Positions 7,519 to 14,281 of a stretch of 37,128 bases of DNA are shown here, piece by piece. The DNA is taken from sequence record PQ758390.1. The stretch is one strand, 5' to 3'. The translations under genes and the position numbers were made by a program. Every line of letters begins with the position of its first letter. Position 1 is the first letter of the stretch. Source of the stretch: Pseudomonas phage 5400. The notes under the pieces were generated by a model, which saw only the letters and a list, made by a program, of their open reading frames with translations, was not told where the DNA came from and did not search any database.

Positions 7519-7545
7519 AAAAGCCCCGCAGATGCGGGGCCATTG
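7519..7545 (-). terminator. intrinsic terminator after the brnTA-like operon (minus strand)
   Basis: GCCCCGCA-tc-TGCGGGGC stem, then UUUUCAUUUCC on the minus strand. Confidence 0.55.
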
Positions 7546-7560
7546 GACAATCTCTTTCTG

Positions 7561-7920
7561 TTACGCCCTCATTTTTTCGAGGAACTCCTTCACCGGAGCG
7601 GTGCTGGATTCGCTAACAGTTTTCTCGGACGACTCGATTTCATTCAGTCGCTGACAAATGATTTGCTTGATCTCGGATCGAGCAAACCGATTGAGTAGGT
7701 CGCGGATCATCGGCTGATAGCCGACTCCGTGATACTCGGCAATTTTCTTGAGATCGTTTACTAATTGCTTTTGTAGGCGAATGGAAATCAGTTGGAGGCC
7801 GAGCGCGTCATCCACCTCTTGCTTTGAGCCAGTGGAGACTTGGGCGTGCGCTTCGGTCGTCCCGAGCTCGCCGCTTTCCCACAGTTCAACGTTGCTCATA
7901 GCTTCCTCACTCTTTGTCAT
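7561..7920 (-). CDS. brnA: BrnA-like antitoxin (C-terminal RHH/CopG-like domain)
   Basis: ISIRLQKQLVNDLKKIAEYHGVGYQPMIRDLLNRF resembles BrnA ITIRLDDDVLDWFRAQ...YQTLINDALREYV. It lies downstream of the toxin gene and overlaps it as ATGA. AT-rich. Confidence 0.65.
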   Translation of the reverse strand: MTKSEEAMSNVELWESGELGTTEAHAQVSTGSKQEVDDALGLQLISIRLQKQLVNDLKKIAEYHGVGYQPMIRDLLNRFARSEIKQIICQRLNEIESSEKTVSESSTAPVKEFLEKMRA

Positions 7921-8210
7921 TTGATTGCAAATTTTCTGTAGATACGTGTTTCTTCAGCACTGGGTTCGTACGCTGTTTTCAGGAAAACCTTACCATTCTC
8001 GAAGACGAAACAGATCTTTAGGGCCCTGCCAGCGTTTGTTTCGGCTACGAACCATTTCGTTACAGGGTCTGTCTTGTGATCCTCTCGCAGGTCGATCAGG
8101 TGTTCACCCTCGCAGTTCTCGAAGCATTGCTCGATTTCTCTGCGGCTCACGCCACCATGCTTTTCCTGAAGCTTCCTCTCGATGGCGTCCGAAATGATCA
8201 GATTTTCCAA
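7917..8210 (-). CDS. brnT: BrnT-like (DUF497) ribonuclease toxin
   Basis: KLQEKHGGVSRREIEQCF and KWFVAETNAGRALKICFVFENGKVFLKTAYEPSAEETRIYRK follow the BrnT pattern (KHGVSFEEA...; ...IRIISARxATxxERxxY). Toxin-first order as in brnTA. The start appears to be TTG. Confidence 0.6.
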   Translation of the reverse strand: MENLIISDAIERKLQEKHGGVSRREIEQCFENCEGEHLIDLREDHKTDPVTKWFVAETNAGRALKICFVFENGKVFLKTAYEPSAEETRIYRKFAIK

Positions 8211-8228
8211 GCGCGGTTACCATTTGAC

Positions 8229-8288
8229 TTTGTATATACAGATGATAGGCCGCTCTGGGAGGTAGATCAATCCCTCTGTATATACAGA
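8229..8288 (-). promoter_or_regulatory. brnTA promoter with two palindromic operators (TCTGTATATACAGA)
   Basis: On the minus strand: TTGATC (plus 8265-8270), a 17-bp spacer, then TATCAT (plus 8242-8247). A perfect 14-bp palindrome TCTGTATATACAGA sits at 8275-8288 just upstream of -35. A near-palindrome TTTGTATATACAGA sits at 8229-8242 over the start site. Confidence 0.45.
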
Positions 8289-8322
8289 CAGCTAGGCAGA
8301 AAAATGGTTCGGCTGAGAGCAG

Positions 8323-9108
8323 TCAGTGTCGCCGCCGGCGCATCACCGACCACCAGAACACCCACCCGATCACGCTGATGTCACCGGCACGCATCTGGTC
8401 CCTGGTGTACTCCTCATCGGGGTACTCGTCCCGGTTGTAGCTGCGCAACCGGATGCCGCCGCCAGGCAGGCGATAGACGAATTTCACCCGCAGCAGGTCG
8501 TCATGCTTCAGGGCGTAGATCTCGCCGTCGGTGATCGCGTTGACTGACATATCGATCCCGATGACGGCTCCGTCGGCAATGAGCGGTTCCATGCTGTTGC
8601 CGGTGACGTTAACGCAGACGGCGCATTTCGGATTCACTCCTGATTCGTGCAGCACGGATCTCGGGAACCTGATTTTGCGCTTTGCGAGCTCCAGATCTGG
8701 AAATCTGCCACCGCCCGCAGCCACCTGAATTTCGTCGAAGTAGGGGATCTCTACCTCGTCGAGATCAAGTGGATCACCTTCTTCCCACGTGGATAAAGGC
8801 ATAAGATCTCTCTCGGCGTCGGCGTCGGCGTCGGCGGAGGGCAAGGGGGACACGGCTTTTGCCTGAAAGTGAGGCGCTTCAAAAATATGCTTGCCATGTA
8901 ATACATCAAGCCAGCCGCGCGGTAAGTCAAAGCATTCTTCGATGTGCCTGGCGAGCTTGTTGCCGATGTTCTTCGTTGGGTTCGAGCCAATCAGCCTGCT
9001 GACCTGAGTTGGTTCACGGTCAATGCGGCTGGCGAACGCACCTGTCCCCCCCTCCTTCTCTGCAAGTGAAAGGGCATTTGTACGGCGGATAGTACTGATG
9101 TCAATCAT
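8323..9108 (-). CDS. CI-like prophage repressor (XRE-type HTH plus S24 LexA-like peptidase)
   Basis: N-terminal HTH LSLAEKEGGTGAFASRIDREPTQVSRLIG. C-terminal S24 motifs VTGNSMEPLIADGAVIGID and GEIYALKHDDLLRVKFVYR. Divergent from the cro-like gene. Confidence 0.9.
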   Translation of the reverse strand: MIDISTIRRTNALSLAEKEGGTGAFASRIDREPTQVSRLIGSNPTKNIGNKLARHIEECFDLPRGWLDVLHGKHIFEAPHFQAKAVSPLPSADADADAERDLMPLSTWEEGDPLDLDEVEIPYFDEIQVAAGGGRFPDLELAKRKIRFPRSVLHESGVNPKCAVCVNVTGNSMEPLIADGAVIGIDMSVNAITDGEIYALKHDDLLRVKFVYRLPGGGIRLRSYNRDEYPDEEYTRDQMRAGDISVIGWVFWWSVMRRRRH

Positions 9109-9196
9109 TCATCCATTCCATCATCTGTACCAGAAATGTACAGAACCTTGACGGTACATAGACTTTTCGCCATCCTTGTACCCAGGAGGTACATTT
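9109..9196. promoter_or_regulatory. divergent cI/cro promoter-operator region (putative O-R)
   Basis: Half-sites TGTACC 9126, TGTACA 9137, GGTACA 9153, TGTACC 9177, GGTACA 9188. TTGACG at 9148. AGGAGG SD for the cro-like gene. Confidence 0.55.
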
Positions 9197-9535
9197 ATGG
9201 CCGTCATTACATCCCAAAACCCCAATGCGGAAGCCTTGCGGGAGTTTTGGAAAAGTCTGAGCACCAGGGAGCGCAGCGAGGCTGCGCGCAAGCTTGATAC
9301 CTCTGTTGCGTACCTGCGACAGGTTCTGGCGTGTGGGCGCACGCCAGGGGCGGTTCTTGCTCGTGATCTGGAGCGTGTGTTCGAAGCTCGAATTGCGCGG
9401 CATCAGTTGAGGCCTGATCTGTACGACGTGCCCACAAGCTCCGCCGACCTTGAGCCCATTCTGCCGTCCGAATCCCGCCTCGGGCAGTGCGCTGATGCTG
9501 CTGTGCAGGCATCCAGTATGGGGGCGGAGCAATGA
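9197..9535 (+). CDS. Cro-like / YdaS-family HTH protein
   Basis: ATG at 9197 after AGGAGG. LSTRERSEAARKLDTSVAYLRQVLACGRTPGAVLARDL is an HTH. Divergent from the repressor. Confidence 0.65.
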   Translation: MAVITSQNPNAEALREFWKSLSTRERSEAARKLDTSVAYLRQVLACGRTPGAVLARDLERVFEARIARHQLRPDLYDVPTSSADLEPILPSESRLGQCADAAVQASSMGAEQ

Positions 9536-9924
9536 TCCGAAACGTCTTCGTGATTCTGGCTGGACTGATTGCGGTGGCCGTTATCTGTGCCGCTGGGGTG
9601 ATCCTCCATGCCATCGGCGGCTACCACATCGAGCTGACGCCGATCATCGCGACAGTGGGGGCCGCCGGCGGGATCGCGCTCCTTTGCCATGAGTTTGGCT
9701 ACAGCGCTGGGCGCAACAAGGCACTGGATGACCGCTTCTACCCAGATGCAGATGCGCCTTACGTGCACTTTCCCCGAGGCATGGACAGCTACCAGGACCG
9801 TCTGGATTTCCTGAATCGCGCCATAAAGCGGCTGCACGAGATCGAGTCAGCCAAGGCCAACGATGCTCAGGATCAGCGCCCCAGCGATCAGGGCAATCAG
9901 CCAGAGCGCAAACGTCATGATTGA
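9532..9924 (+). CDS. membrane protein (2 TM at N-terminus), unknown function
   Basis: ATGA overlap with the cro-like gene. High GC3 until the last 25 codons or so. Confidence 0.55.
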   Translation: MIRNVFVILAGLIAVAVICAAGVILHAIGGYHIELTPIIATVGAAGGIALLCHEFGYSAGRNKALDDRFYPDADAPYVHFPRGMDSYQDRLDFLNRAIKRLHEIESAKANDAQDQRPSDQGNQPERKRHD

Positions 9925-10047
9925 TGCGCGCCTTTTCTCCCAGAAAGCCCTCAGCGGCGTTATTCCGCCCCGGTCTTCTGGGAAGTATTCCTTGTCCCAG
10001 TGCCTTTCCTTCCAGCGCCTGAAGGCATCTCTCAACCAGTTCATGCC
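9847..10047 (-). CDS. small tail-anchored membrane protein, convergent with and overlapping the 9532..9924 gene
   Basis: MNWLRDAFRRWKERHWDKEYFPEDRGGITPLRAFWEKRRASIMTFALWLIALIAGALILSIVGLG. GGAGG SD 5 nt before the ATG. In the overlap its GC3 (about 74%) is higher than that of the plus-strand frame (about 54%). Confidence 0.45.
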   Translation of the reverse strand, partial: GMNWLRDAFRRWKERHWDKEYFPEDRGGITPLRAFWEKRRASIMTFALWLIALIAGALILSIVGLG

Positions 10048-10135
10048 GGGCCTCCGTGGCCGTTCTGTGTGGAAACAAAACGATAGCACGGAGTGTCCTG
10101 GCGCCACTTTGCGGCCCGGCTGATTCAAACGCCGG

Positions 10136-10163
10136 AAAGCAAAAAGCCCCGCTTTCGCGAGGC
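10136..10163 (-). terminator. intrinsic terminator, better formed on the minus strand
   Basis: Minus strand: GCCUCGC-GAAA-GCGGGGC (one G-U pair) then UUUUUGCUUUCC. The plus-strand version has a C-A mismatch and a poor U-run. Confidence 0.4.
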
Positions 10164-10229
10164 CTTTAGTCGGTAGTCGTTGACGCGACTGCCTGGATAT
10201 CAATTTGTCTTTCGAAGGACGGACTAACT

Positions 10230-10580
10230 ATGCAACAGAAAACTCAACGCGCGCAAGTCCCCTGCGCCGTTACCACCGACCACCAGGTTTGCTTCGATCC
10301 TCTCAACGGGGATGAGTTCTTGTTCTCCATTGTTGCCGACCGGCCGGTTGACGCGGCTCTGGCCGCCGCCGAGGACATCAGCGAGGCGGTTCACCTGATT
10401 CTTTTGAGAATGACCCGGGCGATGGACGATGCCGGCGAGCCGCTACTCTCTCAGGAACTCAATACTCTCGCCCTGCTGGGGGCCATGTCTGGCGCATTGC
10501 TCAGAGCTTGCCGGGACGGTGTCGCGACCCAATCCGGAAATCCTGAAAGCGTGTCGCGACACGCAGGCGGTGCAGCATGA
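10230..10580 (+). CDS. hypothetical early protein
   Basis: First of five ORFs joined by 4-nt overlaps. Confidence 0.55.
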   Translation: MQQKTQRAQVPCAVTTDHQVCFDPLNGDEFLFSIVADRPVDAALAAAEDISEAVHLILLRMTRAMDDAGEPLLSQELNTLALLGAMSGALLRACRDGVATQSGNPESVSRHAGGAA

Positions 10581-10855
10581 GCGCGGTCTGGAACAAGCCC
10601 CAGTCGTCTGCACTGAAGGCTCCGATATCTCAGCTTCCGCCGCGGAGATTCGCAGTGATTAACCCGACCACGACGGTCGAAGAGGCGTTGAGCGAGGCCA
10701 TCGCGCTGACGCTAAGTGTTTCTAGCATTCTCGGAGCACTGACCACCTCCGACGAAGAGCGCGTAGATATGGACGCCCTCAAGCTCTGCTCTCGCCTGGC
10801 TGGCGACCTGGTCGATGCCGCGCTCGACGCCCTGCGCAAGGAGGGCCAGCAATGA
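10577..10855 (+). CDS. hypothetical early protein
   Basis: ATGA overlap with the previous gene. Confidence 0.55.
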   Translation: MSAVWNKPQSSALKAPISQLPPRRFAVINPTTTVEEALSEAIALTLSVSSILGALTTSDEERVDMDALKLCSRLAGDLVDAALDALRKEGQQ

Positions 10856-11160
10856 ACCTCGCGACACTGCTCAGCAATCAGTGCTCCCCGGTCCCCGATG
10901 AAGTTCTGACCGATAAGCAGATCCGCTCCATCAAGTTGGATCGTGGTACGGCTCGCCATGCGGCTCAGAACATGGCGCTTGGTGTCGCCGCAGTCGGGAA
11001 ACTGCTGGCGCTTACCAGTGCAGAAGGCGAGCTCGATCAGGAGACCGCCGAGCGTCTCGGATGGTTCTTGGAGGAGGTTGGCGGTGCCATCTACCAGTTG
11101 GCGGAGTTCGAACAGGTCTGTTCTGCTCGAATCGATCGGCAGAAGGAGGCTCAGCAATGA
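10852..11160 (+). CDS. hypothetical early protein
   Basis: ATGA overlap with the previous gene. Confidence 0.55.
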   Translation: MNLATLLSNQCSPVPDEVLTDKQIRSIKLDRGTARHAAQNMALGVAAVGKLLALTSAEGELDQETAERLGWFLEEVGGAIYQLAEFEQVCSARIDRQKEAQQ

Positions 11161-11435
11161 GGGCCACGATGGGTATCAGCTTCCGGGCGACTGCGCCGGT
11201 TGATCTTTCGAAGGGAGATCAGAAAGCGAATGTCCTGTGCGTGATGGATGACATTGATGCCGACCTCGCGCTGGACAGCGCAGTCGGCCTGCTCGACGCG
11301 ATTCAAGGCGGGCTCCTCGACATCCTCGACGAGCCGAGTGTTAGTCGTCGCGTAGTCCTACTTCTTCATGCGGCCGAGACAGCCACTGCCCTGGTCCGTG
11401 CTGCCCTGGAGGGTGGGGAGGTGGCCAATGACTAG
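11157..11435 (+). CDS. hypothetical early protein
   Basis: Internal ATG at 11157 with an AAGGAGG SD, overlapping the previous stop (ATGA). Taken from ORF 11061..11435. Confidence 0.5.
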   Translation: MRATMGISFRATAPVDLSKGDQKANVLCVMDDIDADLALDSAVGLLDAIQGGLLDILDEPSVSRRVVLLLHAAETATALVRAALEGGEVAND

Positions 11436-11661
11436 GCGCATTGGAGCGAAAGCACTCGGTGACCAGCTCTACAGCTATATCGGCGCCATCCAGGACTTGG
11501 CTACCGCAGTTCGCGAAGACTTGGCTTTCGAAGGTTGCGAGCCGGGCCCGCGCCTGACCGCCGAGCAGGTGGATGCGATCCATCTGTCGATTATCACCAT
11601 CGCCAGGTTGGCTGGCGAAGACTTGATCCAACTGCTGACCGAGATGGAGGTGCCGGCATGA
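11428..11661 (+). CDS. hypothetical early protein
   Basis: Internal ATG at 11428 with a GGGGAGG SD. Taken from ORF 11368..11661. Confidence 0.45.
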   Translation: MTRRIGAKALGDQLYSYIGAIQDLATAVREDLAFEGCEPGPRLTAEQVDAIHLSIITIARLAGEDLIQLLTEMEVPA

Positions 11662-12422
11662 CTGATCTGGCCCCCTTCGGCGGCCAGGCCGCCACCATGA
11701 CCAGCCGCGAGATCGCGGATCTTGTTGGGTCGCGTCACGACAATGTACGCGTGACCATTGAGCGACTGGCCGAGCGCGGGGTGATTGCTTTACCTGCAAT
11801 GCAGGAAAAGCCCACCGCTGGCCGCCCCACTCAGGAGTACGTCTTCACCGGCGACCAGGGCAAGCGCGACAGCATCATCGTCGTCGCCCAGCTCTGCCCG
11901 GAGTTCACCGCGCGGCTGGTGGATCGCTGGCAGGAACTGGAACAGCAGGCTTCCCGGCCACTGACCGCCGCCGAGCAACTACTGGCCAGCGTGCAACTCA
12001 CCGTCGATCTGGAGCGGCGGCAGCGGCTGACCGAGCAGCAGGTGGCAGCGCTGACCGAAACCGTCGGCGACATGGACCGATCGCACCCGCTGCTCGACTC
12101 GATCCCCAACGGCATGGAGAGCATCACCGCTATCCGGCAGCGGATAGGGAAGCAGTACGGCCTTCCGCCCAGGGTGATCGACGCGGTGGTGCGCGACATG
12201 CCGCACAGCCCGCGCCCCTTCGCCATGGTGCGCAGCAAGCACGAGGAACTGAACGCGCGCCCCTACGCGGTCTGGGCAAAGGCCGAGATCAGCAGGGTGT
12301 TCGAGCGCTTCGCGCGCGGCTGCACCTTCGTGACCCAACACCGAGCCACGCACCCGGATTTCGGCGCCGGCCGGGAGCGCTTCCAGATGCGCGGCACCCC
12401 TTCGCAGGAGATCGGCGAATGA
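11658..12422 (+). CDS. Rha-family phage regulatory protein
   Basis: MTSREIADLVGSRHDNVRVTIERLAERG matches the Rha N-terminal motif as I recall it. Start ATG at 11658 overlaps the upstream stop. Confidence 0.7.
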   Translation: MTDLAPFGGQAATMTSREIADLVGSRHDNVRVTIERLAERGVIALPAMQEKPTAGRPTQEYVFTGDQGKRDSIIVVAQLCPEFTARLVDRWQELEQQASRPLTAAEQLLASVQLTVDLERRQRLTEQQVAALTETVGDMDRSHPLLDSIPNGMESITAIRQRIGKQYGLPPRVIDAVVRDMPHSPRPFAMVRSKHEELNARPYAVWAKAEISRVFERFARGCTFVTQHRATHPDFGAGRERFQMRGTPSQEIGE

Positions 12423-12649
12423 CCACACAACCGAAACCGGGCCGGATCACCACTGGCCCCAACGGCCGCCCGGTGATCGCCGGGCCCTGGCCGTCCTACC
12501 GTCAATTCCGCGACCTGCCCGAGCGTGAGCGTTGGGTGCTCTACGGCCACGCCAAGGCATGCCGCGGTGCGCTTGAAGACCAAGGGTTCCTCATGGCCGA
12601 GGGATACCACGACTTCGTGAAGCGCGTTACCGAGGAGTTAGACATATGA
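12419..12649 (+). CDS. hypothetical protein
   Basis: 76-aa ORF with ATGA overlap on both sides. Confidence 0.5.
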   Translation: MTTQPKPGRITTGPNGRPVIAGPWPSYRQFRDLPERERWVLYGHAKACRGALEDQGFLMAEGYHDFVKRVTEELDI

Positions 12650-13485
12650 GCGTTCAGGCCATGACCTGGGCACTGGAGCAGCAGGTCGTTACCGATGCCG
12701 CCATGAGGCATGTGCTGTTGTGCTTGGCGAACTATGCCAACGAGGCGGGAAAGGGGGCGTTCCCTTCTATCGCCACGCTGAGCAGTGATACAGGGCTATC
12801 CGAGCGGACTGTCCAGTACAAGCTCCGGTCCCTCGAGGAGGCTGGTGTTATTCGCCGTGGAAACCAGGCAATCGCTGCCGCTTACATCTCGCACCGGGAT
12901 CGCCTGCCGATGGTGTACGACCTCTCGATGGAACGGGGTGCAACGGTTGCACCGGGTGCAAATGACGACGTAACGGGGTGCAAACCACGACGTAACGGGG
13001 TGCAACTGACGACACAACGGGGTGCAACGGTTGCACCCGATCCGTCACTTAACCACCAAAGAACCACCAAAGAACCTAAAGAGCATGTCCAAACCGGCGA
13101 AACCGGTTCGGACGACGTGGGTGATCGGAAGGGAAAAACCGAGTCTGGGAAACGGCCGGCCAAGCCCAATCCTCTGGATGGTTTCGAGGAGTTTTACCAG
13201 GCCTACCCAAAGCACAAGGATCGAGCGAAGGCGGAGAAGGCTTGGCGGAAGATCGACCCTGCTCTGCACCCTGTGATCATGGCGGCGCTTCCGAAGCACT
13301 GCCGACAGCGTGATTGGCTGAAGGACAACGGCCAGTTCGTTCCGCTGCCGGCCAGTTGGCTCAACGGGCGACGATGGGAAGACGAGATAGCCCCTGATGC
13401 TGGCCCGGCATCGAGCTTCACCAACCTCCCCAAACACACCCCCGACATGTACCAGGACCGCGACGATGGCAGAGCAAATTTTTAA
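12646..13485 (+). CDS. replication initiator (lambda O-like; N-terminal HTH), with ori iterons inside the gene
   Basis: N-terminus MTWALEQQVVTDAAMRHVLLCLANYANEAGKGAFPSIATLSSDTGLSERTVQYKLRSLEEAGVI is the phage replication-protein HTH. The iteron array is translated into the repeat GATVAP... Confidence 0.75.
   Translation: MSVQAMTWALEQQVVTDAAMRHVLLCLANYANEAGKGAFPSIATLSSDTGLSERTVQYKLRSLEEAGVIRRGNQAIAAAYISHRDRLPMVYDLSMERGATVAPGANDDVTGCKPRRNGVQLTTQRGATVAPDPSLNHQRTTKEPKEHVQTGETGSDDVGDRKGKTESGKRPAKPNPLDGFEEFYQAYPKHKDRAKAEKAWRKIDPALHPVIMAALPKHCRQRDWLKDNGQFVPLPASWLNGRRWEDEIAPDAGPASSFTNLPKHTPDMYQDRDDGRANF
12931..13038. repeat. origin iterons: five copies of ACGGGGTGCAA at about 22-bp spacing, the outer two inside the palindrome GGTGCAACGGTTGCACC
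   Basis: Iteron cores at 12935, 12954, 12975, 12997 and 13019. An A-rich tract (accaccaaagaaccaccaaagaacctaaagag) follows at 13045-13080, as in lambda ori. Confidence 0.7.
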
Positions 13486-14281
13486 CTTCTGGCGAAAACC
13501 CAACCGCAAGAGCGAAGAAAGCCCTTCTCTTCGCTGCCCGGTTCACGGTGACTACCACTCGATCCAGGTGGAGCAGTTTGATGGTAGCTACTTGACCTGG
13601 TCTTGCTCTCGGTGTGTTTGGGATGGGGTGAATCGCGAGCCGGGGAGCGAGGAGTTTTCGGTGGCCCTGGCGGAGAAAACCCAACGCAAGATCAACGAGT
13701 TGCTGGTTGGTTCTGGCATCCCCGCTCGCTACCGGGCCAGCACTTTCGAGACTTACCGCACCGACGGCAAGGCGGAGAAGGCGGCGGTGCTGGAAGCATG
13801 CCGGGAGTATGCCGAGCGATTCGTGGAGAACTTCCAGGACGGCCGCTGCCTCTTGCTCCTGGGCAACCTTGGGACGGGCAAGACCCATCTCGCGTGCTCA
13901 ATCGTCCAGTACGTCGTACGGAACCTTCAGGCCCAAGCAGTGATCACCTCGGCGTCGGAGATAATCCGTGTGGCTAAGGGGGCGATGAACCGGGCGGCGA
14001 AGTACACCGAACGGGACGCTCTCGAAGAGCTGGCGGGCTTTGACCTGTTGGTGATCGACGAGCTCGGCGCGCAGAGCGGTACCGAGTACGAATTGGGGCT
14101 GCTCCACGAGGTGATTGACCGCCGGTATCGGGAGATGCGGCCTACGGTGGTGGTTTCGAACATGAGCGCGCAGGAGGTCGCCAAGTACATCGGTGATCGT
14201 GCGGTGGATCGTCTCCGCGAGAACGGCGGCAAGGCTGTTGGTTTCACCTGGGGCTCCGCTCGCCGGGAGGTTCTGGAGTGA
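13466..14281 (+). CDS. DnaC/IstB-like AAA+ helicase loader with N-terminal Cys-rich (zinc-ribbon-like) segment
   Basis: Walker A LLLGNLGTGKTHLACSI. Walker B LLVIDELG. N-terminal CPVHGDYH...CSRC. ATG at 13466. Confidence 0.85.
   Translation: MAEQIFNFWRKPNRKSEESPSLRCPVHGDYHSIQVEQFDGSYLTWSCSRCVWDGVNREPGSEEFSVALAEKTQRKINELLVGSGIPARYRASTFETYRTDGKAEKAAVLEACREYAERFVENFQDGRCLLLLGNLGTGKTHLACSIVQYVVRNLQAQAVITSASEIIRVAKGAMNRAAKYTERDALEELAGFDLLVIDELGAQSGTEYELGLLHEVIDRRYREMRPTVVVSNMSAQEVAKYIGDRAVDRLRENGGKAVGFTWGSARREVLE

Noticed and set aside
7335-7550. 71-aa minus-strand ORF
   Set aside because: It spans the terminator hairpin and the purine-rich tract, has no SD, and its amino-acid composition is odd.
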